A stretch of 64,000 bases of DNA from an uncultured Gammaproteobacteria bacterium (GTDB taxonomy: Bacteria; Patescibacteriota; Microgenomatia; Daviesbacterales; UBA10151): positions 21,253 to 85,252 of the forward strand of contig CAYWKL010000001.1 of assembly GCA_964459095.1 (NCBI GenBank). The letters run 5' to 3'. Positions 20,170 to 30,216 of this stretch are shown here, in pieces. A program made the translations under genes and the position numbers. Under the pieces are notes generated by a model. That model was not told where the DNA came from and ran no database searches. It was given only the letters and a program-made list of their open reading frames with translations. The stretch's first letter is position 1, and the number at the start of each line of letters is the position of its first letter.

Positions 20170-21026
20170 TGTCTTAAATATCTGTAGTATGCCCTTGGGA
20201 ATCTTAATGAGGAAAAAAAAGAAAAAATAATTCCAGGAACTCCATCTAAAATCCCTTTATGCCTTATTAAAGTCATAAAAAACCAAACAGATGGTTTAAT
20301 TAAAAAGTAGTTAATTCCTTCAAAAATATTTTTTTGAACATGTTCACGAATAAGTTCATCTTTAATTAAATTTACATACCTAGAATTCCTATCAAGATAT
20401 CTTTTAAAGGTTGGGTCTGCAATATGAAGTAAGTCATTTTCTAACCAACCCACCTTTCCATTCACTACAATTTGCTCATGTACGCTTTTGCAAGGAAAGT
20501 ATGCTTTTCCTTTTTTTACCAACCTTATTACTCCATCCGGATAAACACCTCCGTACTTTAGAAAGCTTCCAAGAAAATAGTTTAGACGCGGTATAAAAAA
20601 TGCACAATATTCTTTAGTATCTTTGCCTATATTTCCATCTCTTTTCTCAAGCAAGGCTACATGTTCCCTGAATAATTTTCTTTTTTTTAATCCTTTCTCG
20701 TATTGATCAACTTCCTCATCTTTCATATTCAAAACCAAAATTATCTCTTTTCCTAAGGACTCAGTAACTCTTTCATCCGCATCAAGTTGCAGAATCCACT
20801 CATTAGTGGCTGCATCAAGTGCTTTTTGTTTGTTTATATGAAATATTGGTGGGTTTTCAGTCTCAATGATTTTTGCATTAAATTTCCTAGCAATTTCAAG
20901 AGTATGATCGCTAGATCCTCCATCAACAACAACGACTTCTGAGGCTATATTTTTTACTGAGCTCAAACATTCCTCTAGTGTTTTTTCTTCATTATAAACA
21001 GCAAGCACAATTGATAAATTTTTCAT
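20166..21026 (-). CDS. GT2 glycosyltransferase (WaaE/KdtX-like)
   Basis: VDGGSSD, LDADERV, YPDGVIRL, VHEQ; start at MKNLS (21026). Confidence 0.85.
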   Translation of the reverse strand: MKNLSIVLAVYNEEKTLEECLSSVKNIASEVVVVDGGSSDHTLEIARKFNAKIIETENPPIFHINKQKALDAATNEWILQLDADERVTESLGKEIILVLNMKDEEVDQYEKGLKKRKLFREHVALLEKRDGNIGKDTKEYCAFFIPRLNYFLGSFLKYGGVYPDGVIRLVKKGKAYFPCKSVHEQIVVNGKVGWLENDLLHIADPTFKRYLDRNSRYVNLIKDELIREHVQKNIFEGINYFLIKPSVWFFMTLIRHKGILDGVPGIIFSFFSSLRFPRAYYRYLRQ

Positions 21027-21027
21027 A

Positions 21028-22641
21028 TTATTTAGCTGCAATTAAATAAAAAGCCGTACCACCATCTGGAAAATAAACTATTTTCTTAATTTCAAAATCA
21101 TTTATGTATCTTAATCCATCATACTGACTTGAAGTAACTACATAAAGCCTTGCTGGTTGAGGAAAAACCTCAATTGGTTCCCAGTACTCAAATATATATC
21201 TGTCAAACGCGGAAACTAGATTAAAACTCCTAGTGTGTGAATTATTATACTCGACTTCTTTAACATATTCCTCTAATGGCTTTTTTGTATAGAAAAGGAA
21301 AAAAATATAAGGTTGTGATCTTACGTTGGTCATATAAACTTCTTTGTATTCTGGGTGTTTTTGTACATATTCAACAATTTGCTTCATACCATATTGCCAA
21401 TCTATAGCATACCTTTTTGCATATTCTGAATAATATTTTTGGCAATATTGATTAAAGTTCAAAAGAAAGAAGAATAAAAGTATAAAGCCTGTGATTATCT
21501 GAACCCAGCCCAATTTAGAAATGGTTAGGAACCTATAAATTCCGTAAGCCTCAATTATTTGCCAACTACCTAGAGAAAACATAGCTCTTGCCGCATGAGG
21601 TACTTCTGTACTAAATGAGGCAGCAAGGGGTGCAAGTATCGCTACAATTAAAATCACTAAGCCTGTTTTTTTTCTCGATAATAAAATTAGCACCGAACCC
21701 AAAATTAAAAAGGGTAGATCTAGCAAATAAAATTCTCCTGTTACTCGTGAGGATAATCTTGGATTTTTATCCCCATTTTTAAAAAGATAGTCGTAAGAAA
21801 AGTGTGATAAATAATTACTTAGAACTACGTTTACTTTTCCTAAACTTAAATTCTCGGTTTTAGAGAAAATATAAGTTTTTTTGGCTAAATCATCAGGTAT
21901 TAAGGTTTGCTTTGCTCGCGAAATTCCTAAAAGAGCTGGGTTAAAAAATACTACTCCTCCAATCAAAAATATTAAGATTAAACCAATTAATAAATCAGTC
22001 CTTTTGCTTTTTAGCTCATTGTAAAAAAGTACAAAAAGTAAAATTAAAACAATAGGGACAATAATTTTGGGACTATGATAACTTAAAAAGGTAACCCCAA
22101 AAGTAAGAAAAGAGAGCCCTAAAAATCCATTTTTTTTATCAAGGCCTTTAAAAAATAAATAAAGACTAAGCAGGAAAAAGAAAACTGTGAAGTTTAACTC
22201 ATGATTAAATCTTGAAAAATGAATAGCATATGGCGAGATGGCTAGCAGAAATGATGCTATTAGCCCTATTAAATTATTTTTAAAGACAACTCTTCCAAGA
22301 AAGAAAATTATTAAAACATTTAATGTCCCAAAAAATACTGAGGGCAATCTAACGCTAAGTTCTGAAAGCCCAAGGATCTTTACAAAAATAGCAGTTAAAT
22401 AAATATGAACAGGGTGCTTGTCATCCAAAAAGGAAATAAAATATGCTGGGAAGAAATTCCCTCTCTCATCTCTTCCATAACTCGCGATTGTCCATGCATT
22501 ATAACCTACTGCAGCCTCATCCCAGGAAATAGATGGAGGTACCTCTGTAATTTTATAAATCCTTACAATACCAGCAAAAGCAATAATAAGTATTAAAATA
22601 AACCAAACTTTATACTTAAAAACTTGTTCTAATTTATTCAT
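21028..22641 (-). CDS. ArnT/PMT-like GT-C glycosyltransferase
   Basis: PPSISWDEAAVGYNA, SVRLPS, SPYAIHFSR, PHAAR, DWQYG; multi-TM. Confidence 0.85.
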   Translation of the reverse strand: MNKLEQVFKYKVWFILILIIAFAGIVRIYKITEVPPSISWDEAAVGYNAWTIASYGRDERGNFFPAYFISFLDDKHPVHIYLTAIFVKILGLSELSVRLPSVFFGTLNVLIIFFLGRVVFKNNLIGLIASFLLAISPYAIHFSRFNHELNFTVFFFLLSLYLFFKGLDKKNGFLGLSFLTFGVTFLSYHSPKIIVPIVLILLFVLFYNELKSKRTDLLIGLILIFLIGGVVFFNPALLGISRAKQTLIPDDLAKKTYIFSKTENLSLGKVNVVLSNYLSHFSYDYLFKNGDKNPRLSSRVTGEFYLLDLPFLILGSVLILLSRKKTGLVILIVAILAPLAASFSTEVPHAARAMFSLGSWQIIEAYGIYRFLTISKLGWVQIITGFILLFFFLLNFNQYCQKYYSEYAKRYAIDWQYGMKQIVEYVQKHPEYKEVYMTNVRSQPYIFFLFYTKKPLEEYVKEVEYNNSHTRSFNLVSAFDRYIFEYWEPIEVFPQPARLYVVTSSQYDGLRYINDFEIKKIVYFPDGGTAFYLIAAK

Positions 22642-24157
22642 ATACACTAAATATTGCTTTTCCGGAGAGATCTTTTATAGTTTTTGTCTTTTCTCTACTA
22701 CCAACGTATTCCCCTGGTTTAGCAAATATAATTAGTTTCTTGTCTTTCTCGTTTTCTAATTCACTCAAGTTAAAGGAGAAGTTATTAAAGCTTTTGACTA
22801 AAGAATGTCCCCATTTATCTGGAGGATTATATTCAACTGTTTTTTGGAACTTATCAGGAGGAAACTCTAAATAGTATAAAGCAAATATATAAGGTTGCCC
22901 TAAATAATCAGATATGAAGACTTTATCGTATTTTCTTAAATCAATACTCCCTTTAAATATTTCTTTATAAGGGTATTGCCAATCTAAAGAGGATCTTAAG
23001 TTGTAGTTTTTAATAAAATCATAAAAATAGGCGAAGAAAAAGATAGCATAAAAAAACAATACAACGCAGTAGAAAAATCTTAACTTGAAAGCATCCTTTA
23101 AATAAACAATTCCATAAGCAGTAATGATAGATATAAATGGTATAAATAAAATAGCCCTTAGGGCATGAGGCGATTCTTTGCTGATTGCCGCAGGAATTAA
23201 ACTCAAAAATAATATATAGAAAATTACACCTGACTTTTTTTGTTTTTGCTTAAGGACCGCAAAAATTCCCACCGAAATAAAAATAATATCTAGCAAATAG
23301 AGCATCCCTCCAAACCCTGTGTGGCTTCTTAAGTTTTTGTCTCCATTTGTAAAAAGAAAGTCAGGGCTCAAATCTGATAAATAGTTGGAAGTGAAATTAT
23401 ATAATACATTTACTGGACTATCTCCCTGGCTTAAAATACTGGTAGTCTTAAATCTTGAAGTTTGCTCAACGACATTTAACTTAAATGCAGGATAAAAAGA
23501 TATAAGAAATAATAAAAGAAGCAAGGGTAAGTAAACCAAACTCTTTCTATTTAAATTTTTAAGCCAACTAATAAAAACCCATATAAGAAAAAGGGGAGTA
23601 ATTATTCTAAAACTGTTATAGCTGTAAATGCTCGGTATAAAGGCAAGGATTGTTACTAATTTTACTAAGAAAGAATTTTTGGAGTTCAAAAAAGAAAAAA
23701 ATCCAAGACAAAAAAATGCTATACCTGCTGTTGCCTCAAAACCCGCTCTGCTCACTATAAAAAACCAAGGAGATATGGACAATAAAAAGGAAGATAAGAG
23801 TCCTATTTTTTCTCCCTGTTTTGTAAATAGTTTCCGGCAAATTAAAATAATTAACATCATTGTTGCAAATGCATATAAACTTGCAGGAACTCTTACAGAC
23901 CATTCATTTAAGCCGAAAAGTTTTACAAAAAAGGCAACTGAGTAAATATAAACAGGTAATTTAAATTCACCAAATGCTCTAAAATGGACTGGTAAAAATT
24001 TACCCCACTCATCTTTTAGACTCTCTGATATAGAATAAGCATTATATCCAATGGATGCTTCGTCCCAGTACAAGGAGGCAGGTATTTGAGGTAAAAATAT
24101 TAATCTTGTTGAAAGAAAGAAGAGAGTTATTAAAAAAAATGCTATTTTTATTTTCAC
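22634..24157 (-). CDS. ArnT/PMT-like GT-C glycosyltransferase
   Basis: GTG start; SLYWDEASIGYNA, EFKLPVYIY, SPWFFIVSR, PHALR, DWQY. Confidence 0.85.
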   Translation of the reverse strand: MKIKIAFFLITLFFLSTRLIFLPQIPASLYWDEASIGYNAYSISESLKDEWGKFLPVHFRAFGEFKLPVYIYSVAFFVKLFGLNEWSVRVPASLYAFATMMLIILICRKLFTKQGEKIGLLSSFLLSISPWFFIVSRAGFEATAGIAFFCLGFFSFLNSKNSFLVKLVTILAFIPSIYSYNSFRIITPLFLIWVFISWLKNLNRKSLVYLPLLLLLFLISFYPAFKLNVVEQTSRFKTTSILSQGDSPVNVLYNFTSNYLSDLSPDFLFTNGDKNLRSHTGFGGMLYLLDIIFISVGIFAVLKQKQKKSGVIFYILFLSLIPAAISKESPHALRAILFIPFISIITAYGIVYLKDAFKLRFFYCVVLFFYAIFFFAYFYDFIKNYNLRSSLDWQYPYKEIFKGSIDLRKYDKVFISDYLGQPYIFALYYLEFPPDKFQKTVEYNPPDKWGHSLVKSFNNFSFNLSELENEKDKKLIIFAKPGEYVGSREKTKTIKDLSGKAIFSVYE

Positions 24158-25807
24158 TTAATTTTCAACAATTTCAAAAGCTATATCTCCATTTAGAAAA
24201 TTTATAGTTTTAAGTTTTTCTTTTCTAGAAAAATCTCCATATTTACCAATAAAGAGGATTTTTTTATCTGGATACTTTTTTACAATATCTGCATATGTAG
24301 TCCCTTTATCAGCTAAATCAGGAAAATAGAACTTGTCAAAATTTAAAACTCTTATCCAATCGTAAGTTTCAAATCTATTTAAGTTAGGATCATTTTGAAA
24401 CTTACTTGGGTCATATTTAGAAAAAAATAAAGTAAACATGTGTGGCTCGCCGTAATGTCTAGAGAATACAATTAGGTCGTAGTTCTCTTTATTTCGATTT
24501 ATATAATCCACAACCTGTTTATAACCATACTGCCAATCCCTTGAATATCTTGTTGAGTACAAACCGTAGTAAAGATAAAAATAGTATCCAATAGAAATAA
24601 TGAGAATAAATATAGTAAAAAAAATAGATGCAAGAAATAGTCTGCTTTTTCTAAATATCCAACCAAAAAATATTGATAGACCATAGGCTGTAAGTACTGA
24701 ATAAGCTGGAGCTACAATAAGAGTCCTTAAAGCATGAGGGGTACTATCGTTTGTTACCGATACTGGAATAATTCCTAAAAGTATCCAAGAAAAAATAAAA
24801 AAAGCAAATCTCTCTCTTCTTTTTACAAGAAAATATACTCCTAATAAAATGAATGGTGCTTGAAAAAGAAAAAGTTCACCCATTCTCTGAACATGGTGTT
24901 GTTTATGAGGTGCTCCGCTAATAAACAAAAAGTCAGGTGTGAAGTGGGCTAAATAATTTGAAATGAAATATAAACTAACATACGTGACTCTGTTATGGAT
25001 TAAAACGGGGAGCGGATCAGGCAGATTTGAATTTCCTCTTGCTTCATTAATCCTGGGAACCAACCCTGGATCATCTGTGATACTTACGAGTTTATATCTA
25101 GCACTCCCTTCCCCACTTAAAACAAAAGGGATCATCGGAATCAAAAGAATAAAAAAAAGTACTAAACTTATTAAAAAATATTTTTTGTAATTTATTAAAT
25201 ATTTAAAATAAAATGTCCAGTTAGCTAAAAGAAATAGCGGAGTAAAAACTCTTGCGCTATTGTAGGTATACAAAGAGATTGCCAGCGGTATACTCGAGAC
25301 TACTAGGTATTTACTTTTAGAAAAACCTTTAATTAATAGCCAAAAACCCAAGAGGATCCAGAATATAGAGAAAGACGATTCAAAAGAAGCTCTTGTTAGG
25401 TGTATATGCCAAGGAGAGATACTTAATAAAAATGCAGAAATTAATCCTATTTCAAATTTTTTAAATAACTCTTTAGTGAGAAGAAAAATTAGTAAAACGC
25501 TAAGAGTCCCATAAACTACAGGTGTAATTCTAACACCAAGTTCATTTAACCCAAATATCCAAATTCCTGGAATTGAAAAATAAATTTGAACAGGAAGTTT
25601 GTACTCACCATAAGATTTAAAATGCAGTGGAAAAGATACTCCCCATTCGTCTTTTCCAGTCTTTAGAATTGAATAAGCATTGTATCCTATAGATACTTCA
25701 TCCCAGTTTAAAGACGGAGGAATCTCAGCAACTTTATATATTCTTAGAAATAAGGCTAAAAAAAGAATAAATGAAAGAAAAAATATTGTTATTTTGGTTC
25801 GTTGCAT
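24158..25807 (-). CDS. ArnT/PMT-like GT-C glycosyltransferase
   Basis: SLNWDEVSIGYNA, EYKLP, SPWHIHLTR, PHALR, DWQYG. Confidence 0.85.
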   Translation of the reverse strand: MQRTKITIFFLSFILFLALFLRIYKVAEIPPSLNWDEVSIGYNAYSILKTGKDEWGVSFPLHFKSYGEYKLPVQIYFSIPGIWIFGLNELGVRITPVVYGTLSVLLIFLLTKELFKKFEIGLISAFLLSISPWHIHLTRASFESSFSIFWILLGFWLLIKGFSKSKYLVVSSIPLAISLYTYNSARVFTPLFLLANWTFYFKYLINYKKYFLISLVLFFILLIPMIPFVLSGEGSARYKLVSITDDPGLVPRINEARGNSNLPDPLPVLIHNRVTYVSLYFISNYLAHFTPDFLFISGAPHKQHHVQRMGELFLFQAPFILLGVYFLVKRRERFAFFIFSWILLGIIPVSVTNDSTPHALRTLIVAPAYSVLTAYGLSIFFGWIFRKSRLFLASIFFTIFILIISIGYYFYLYYGLYSTRYSRDWQYGYKQVVDYINRNKENYDLIVFSRHYGEPHMFTLFFSKYDPSKFQNDPNLNRFETYDWIRVLNFDKFYFPDLADKGTTYADIVKKYPDKKILFIGKYGDFSRKEKLKTINFLNGDIAFEIVEN

Positions 25808-27378
25808 ATTTTAGAGGCATTTACTTTGTATGCAGTTAATCTATCATAACCGGAAATATCCTTGACTTCAAATTCATATTTGAGATTATGAATCCTTGCC
25901 TGAATATCTGATATTGCTACATTATCCCCTACTAACATGATCTTGCTTTTGCAATCAGCAATTTTCCAGTCAATTGGCTTAAACTTGATATTATTGACGG
26001 TATATATTTCATATACTTTCACGTCTTTCGAATAGTAGGGACTCTCAAGTTGAGAACGAAGCTCTTTTTGTAAATTTTTAGGGTCAAAACTGGTTAAATA
26101 TGCTAATCTTAATCCTGCACCAGGGTCTCGGGCTGAATCTATAATTATTTTGTAATCCTTGTATTTATTTAATTTTTGGAATAGGGAAAGGTAAACATTT
26201 CCATAATCTTTTGCCCGTTCATACTTAAATAAAATAAAATACGAGAAATAAAATGACACCAGGGATTGAATTACGATAAGGATTAATACCGCAAATCCTA
26301 TTTTGCCTGGAAAATATTTAATGATTTTAAAAAAACCTAAAGATATGATAAGTGCGAATATCCAAATAGATTCTAGAGCTCTGAGTGGATAATAACTGTC
26401 CCCAGTTAGCGCTGCAGAAACTGGAGTAATAATTATTAAGATTAAAACTAGCTTAAAAAATTTTTTGTTTAGTGACTCTCTTAAGCTTTTAATACCAAAA
26501 ATAAATGGAATAATAAATATCGTGTAAAAAACCCCAAGTGTTGGCGGCATTCTCCCGAGTGCTGATCCCAAGTCAAAGAACAAATTTCTAGGTGAAAAAT
26601 AGATTAAATATCTTTTTATAAATTCTCCCAAAAAAGAGTGTGTCGTTCCTAAATATCCGACCTCAACTAAACGCCTAGTTAAAGCTCCCGTTGTCAAAAG
26701 AAAAAGGTGCGGCATCATTAAAATGATAAACGCGAATAAACCTAAAATTAGTCCTTTTTTATGTTTAAGGAAATACTGTCTAAAAAGAAAAATGAAACTA
26801 GGTAGAAAGAGTAAGCTTATAATTCTCTCACTGTAGTAAGCATGAGTTGATAAAGCAAGAAGAGTTGTAGCAACCACAAAAAACCAAATTTTTCTTAAGG
26901 AAAGGGTAAAAAATAAAAGACTGCTAACAAAAAATAAAACTCCCAAATTCCCTTCAGCAACCAAACGGCTAAAATATATAGACCAGGGAGAAATCGCAAT
27001 AATAAGTGATGAGATAAGCGCTAGCTCTTGTCTTTTTTTAACGCTAAATAGCTCTAAGCTCAAAAAGTAAGTAATTAGAACCAACAACGTACCTGCTAGA
27101 GCAGAAACAGATCTTGCGGACTCTACTCTGTTTCCAAATATTGAAATTGGAATGGTTGCAAAATAAGTATATAACGGAGGCTGGTAGGACCCGAATGATC
27201 TAAAAAGTAAGGGGAAAGGTTGTCCATATCTATCTTTACCAGACTGCATTAGAGAAAACGCGTTATATCCATGTGACTCTTCATCCCTGTGGATTCCAGC
27301 AGGAATCTCTCCCAGCTTATAAAATCTCAGTGAAAAAGCAAGAATAAGTATAAACGACAAAAGGATTTTTGATTTCAT
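25789..27378 (-). CDS. ArnT/PMT-like GT-C glycosyltransferase
   Basis: GIHRDEESHGYNA, YQPPLYTY, SPWSIYFSR, YPLR. Confidence 0.8.
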   Translation of the reverse strand: MKSKILLSFILILAFSLRFYKLGEIPAGIHRDEESHGYNAFSLMQSGKDRYGQPFPLLFRSFGSYQPPLYTYFATIPISIFGNRVESARSVSALAGTLLVLITYFLSLELFSVKKRQELALISSLIIAISPWSIYFSRLVAEGNLGVLFFVSSLLFFTLSLRKIWFFVVATTLLALSTHAYYSERIISLLFLPSFIFLFRQYFLKHKKGLILGLFAFIILMMPHLFLLTTGALTRRLVEVGYLGTTHSFLGEFIKRYLIYFSPRNLFFDLGSALGRMPPTLGVFYTIFIIPFIFGIKSLRESLNKKFFKLVLILIIITPVSAALTGDSYYPLRALESIWIFALIISLGFFKIIKYFPGKIGFAVLILIVIQSLVSFYFSYFILFKYERAKDYGNVYLSLFQKLNKYKDYKIIIDSARDPGAGLRLAYLTSFDPKNLQKELRSQLESPYYSKDVKVYEIYTVNNIKFKPIDWKIADCKSKIMLVGDNVAISDIQARIHNLKYEFEVKDISGYDRLTAYKVNASKICNEPK

Positions 27379-27381
27379 AAT

Positions 27382-28029
27382 TTATGCAAAATATTTCTTA
27401 AAAGAACCTAGAGTATAAATTATCCCAAGACTAATAATAGAAACAATCACAGGAAAAAGCGCGATTGGTCCAAAATTATTTCCTATATCTGTAAGACCAG
27501 AAATCAATATAATTAGGGAAAAAGAAGCGGCTAGCCACTTATTAAGAAATGTGAGTAAGTAAAATGCTCCAACAAGTGCAAAGGGAAGAAAAAGTAATGG
27601 AAATTTAGAGGGAAAGTAGTTTTCGATGTCAAATAGCCTTGCTTCATTATTAAAATACTTAACCAAAGGAGGCCTTGTTTTGTTTATGTAGAAAACAAAA
27701 AGTCTATTACTTGCAAAATAAAAATCAAATTCCTTAAAAAAGTATTGATATCTATCTTTAATTTGAATTTCTTCAAGCTCTGAATTTCTAAAAATGCTTT
27801 GATCTGAAAAGTTATATAGTAAGTAACCCAAAAGAATTAAAAACAAACTACAGATCAAAAATACCCTGAATTTGGATATTTTTTTATTTACTAAGAAACT
27901 TAGTAAAGAATAGCTTAGTAGTAGGCTAGCTAGTCCTTGGAATAAATTAATTTTAAAGATCACAAAAAACCAAGATGTAAAAAAGCAAACTGTAATAACA
28001 AGAAGTACTAAAAAAAATTCTTTTCTCAT
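27382..28029 (-). CDS. Small membrane protein resembling the central/C-terminal part of the neighbouring ArnT-like GT-Cs
   Basis: Start at ATG 28029 coupled to upstream TAA; about 6 TM; loop IQIKDRYQY...FYINKTR..VKYFNN..RLFDIENYF..FPLLFLPFALVG parallels RINEARG..IHNRVTY..ISNYLAHFTPDFLF..LFQAPFILLG of 24158..25807. Confidence 0.5.
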   Translation of the reverse strand: MRKEFFLVLLVITVCFFTSWFFVIFKINLFQGLASLLLSYSLLSFLVNKKISKFRVFLICSLFLILLGYLLYNFSDQSIFRNSELEEIQIKDRYQYFFKEFDFYFASNRLFVFYINKTRPPLVKYFNNEARLFDIENYFPSKFPLLFLPFALVGAFYLLTFLNKWLAASFSLIILISGLTDIGNNFGPIALFPVIVSIISLGIIYTLGSFKKYFA

Positions 28030-29450
28030 TAAATTACAAAAAGTCGCCAAATAAAGGGAAGATGCAGTTTTGAAAGGAATGTTTGAGGTCCTAAAATGCA
28101 CTCAGCTCCTTGACAAGAGATTTCATAATGAGAGTAAATATATTTAATATTAAAATAAAATCCTGTGATAATAACGAAGATTAATATTAATCTTATTAGA
28201 TTCTTTAAAAAGGAGGCTTTTAATATCTCGTTTATTATTGAAGGAAAAAGTAGAAAGCCCAAAGTCAACCTAAAACCCAGTGGCTGGATGTTTGGATTAA
28301 AGGCATTAACCAGTAAACTTCTTCCCCCAAGGAGCATACCAACTGCAATAAAAGAGGTAAAAAAATTTGCTTTTTTTATTAAATAAATAAGACCCCAACT
28401 TCCCATAATTGAAAGAAACGGAAAAAGAGGATACCTATACCAGGCAAGTAAATCACCTTCGCCTCCTGAAATCATAATTATAATAAGCCAATAAACAAAA
28501 CTAAAAGGGATTATTATTAGCTTTTTTGAAGGAGGAGAAAAAATAAAGTAAACTGCACAGAGTAGAGTAAAAACATACCAACTATCAGTAAGGGTTGTCC
28601 AGTCATAAGATGGAGAAGTAAAAAACCAAGCTAAACTTTTAAATCCAACTGGTCTAAAAGATTGAACTGAAGTAATTTTCCAGAAGATTTCTGCATCGAA
28701 ATAAATCCCATATGCAAAGAAAATTAAAATAAAAGGGATTGTAGAAAAAAAAATATAAATTGCATTTCTTATCATTCTTTGTTCAAAAAGGATAAATAAT
28801 ACCAAGGGCATAATAAAAAAGCCTGTGGGTTTTGCAAGTCCTGCAACACCACAAAGAACTGGGATTGGAAGAAGATAAATCTTTTTTCTTTGGTCCTTAA
28901 ATTTTATTAATAAAAAAATTATAATTATTAAAGATAACGCAATTAGATTTTCAGGAACTGCCATTCTTGAACTTAAAACAAATATAGGAACAGTTCCATA
29001 AATCAACATAGATAGTATTCCAACCCAAAAGTAAGTTAATTTTTTGGCAACTAAAAAAATAAAAATTGAAGTAAGGGTAGAAATAAATATAACTGGAAAC
29101 CTTATAAATGCTGTGGGGATCCAATCTGTCCTATCAGCTTTATAAAAATGACCAAACCATCCCACTAAAAGAGAAAAAAGAGGTGGCTCATCAAGCCAAG
29201 GTTTATAAAGTGACACTCCCCCTTTTGGAAGTCCTCCTTTATAATCAATCGTTCCCCTAAAAACTTCTGCCTTTTTTGGATAATCCAGAGTTGACCAAGA
29301 AACGGGAACTCCGGTTTCAACAAGGTAAATCCCTGACCAACCATAGAGCATTTCCTCAAGATTTCCCATAAAAGGGGATCTTTCATAATTGTGCGCTCTT
29401 AAAATAAATGTAAATATAAATGCCAATAAAAATATCACAATTTTTATCAT
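28029..29450 (-). CDS. GT-C glycosyltransferase (ArnT/PMT-like, divergent)
   Basis: GNLEEMLYGWSG loop, LDEPPLFSLL, SSRMAVPEN, LAKPTG, WYRYP. Confidence 0.75.
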   Translation of the reverse strand: MIKIVIFLLAFIFTFILRAHNYERSPFMGNLEEMLYGWSGIYLVETGVPVSWSTLDYPKKAEVFRGTIDYKGGLPKGGVSLYKPWLDEPPLFSLLVGWFGHFYKADRTDWIPTAFIRFPVIFISTLTSIFIFLVAKKLTYFWVGILSMLIYGTVPIFVLSSRMAVPENLIALSLIIIIFLLIKFKDQRKKIYLLPIPVLCGVAGLAKPTGFFIMPLVLFILFEQRMIRNAIYIFFSTIPFILIFFAYGIYFDAEIFWKITSVQSFRPVGFKSLAWFFTSPSYDWTTLTDSWYVFTLLCAVYFIFSPPSKKLIIIPFSFVYWLIIIMISGGEGDLLAWYRYPLFPFLSIMGSWGLIYLIKKANFFTSFIAVGMLLGGRSLLVNAFNPNIQPLGFRLTLGFLLFPSIINEILKASFLKNLIRLILIFVIITGFYFNIKYIYSHYEISCQGAECILGPQTFLSKLHLPFIWRLFVI

Positions 29451-29466
29451 TTTATTAATTTTATCT

Positions 29467-30216
29467 TTATTTTAAGTTAGAGTAATATTTAAATTTAATA
29501 ATTTTATATTTATGTAATTTGTAAAAGAATAAATACAAAAAAGTCTCTAAAATAAATTTAATTCCTTTTATAACTTTTATTGAGGAGGCTTTATCATGAT
29601 ACCTAGTAGGAATAGGAATTTCTCCAATTCTAAAACCATGACTAAGTGAAGAAAAGACCATTTGTTGATCAAAAACAAAATCATCAGAAAAATTTTTAAA
29701 TGGCACTGTTTCCAAAACTTTTCTAGAATATGCCCGAAAACCTGAAAAGTGCTCAGTAAAATTAACTCCTAAAATGATATTTTCAAAAAAACAAACTAGC
29801 CGATTTATGAAATATTTAAGTTTAGGCATTCCACCCTGCAGGGCTGAAATTTTACTTTGTATTCGACTTCCAAACATAAAGTCAAATCTTCTTTGAATTA
29901 TTGGCCTGATTAATTCTTTTATTAAACGAGCGTCATATTGGTAATCTGGGTGAAGCATTACTACTATCCCAGCCTTTTCTTCTAAGGCCTTTTCATAGCA
30001 TGTTTTTTGATTACCTCCATAACCTAAATTTTTTTTATGAGTTAGTACTTTTATCCCTAAACCTTTCGCAACATCAACAGTATTATCTGTGCTTTTATCA
30101 TCAACAAGAAGTATGTTTTGTGATAAGTTTTTTGGGATCTCATTAAAAGTGTCTTGTAGTGTGCGCGCAGCATTATAGGCTGGCATAACGATTATTACTT
30201 TGCGAAAATTTCTCAT
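29467..30216 (-). CDS. GT2, DPM1-like polyprenyl-phosphate glycosyltransferase
   Basis: MPAYNA, VDDKSTD, NLGYGGNQKTCY, HPDYQY, HFSGFRAY, FVFDQQ. Confidence 0.85.
   Translation of the reverse strand: MRNFRKVIIVMPAYNAARTLQDTFNEIPKNLSQNILLVDDKSTDNTVDVAKGLGIKVLTHKKNLGYGGNQKTCYEKALEEKAGIVVMLHPDYQYDARLIKELIRPIIQRRFDFMFGSRIQSKISALQGGMPKLKYFINRLVCFFENIILGVNFTEHFSGFRAYSRKVLETVPFKNFSDDFVFDQQMVFSSLSHGFRIGEIPIPTRYHDKASSIKVIKGIKFILETFLYLFFYKLHKYKIIKFKYYSNLK

Noticed and set aside
21028-27378. Repeated motifs among tandem GT-C genes as recombination cassettes or DGR-type repeats
   Set aside because: Similarity is at protein-motif level with synonymous divergence; no long near-identical DNA repeats, reverse transcriptase or recombinase seen.
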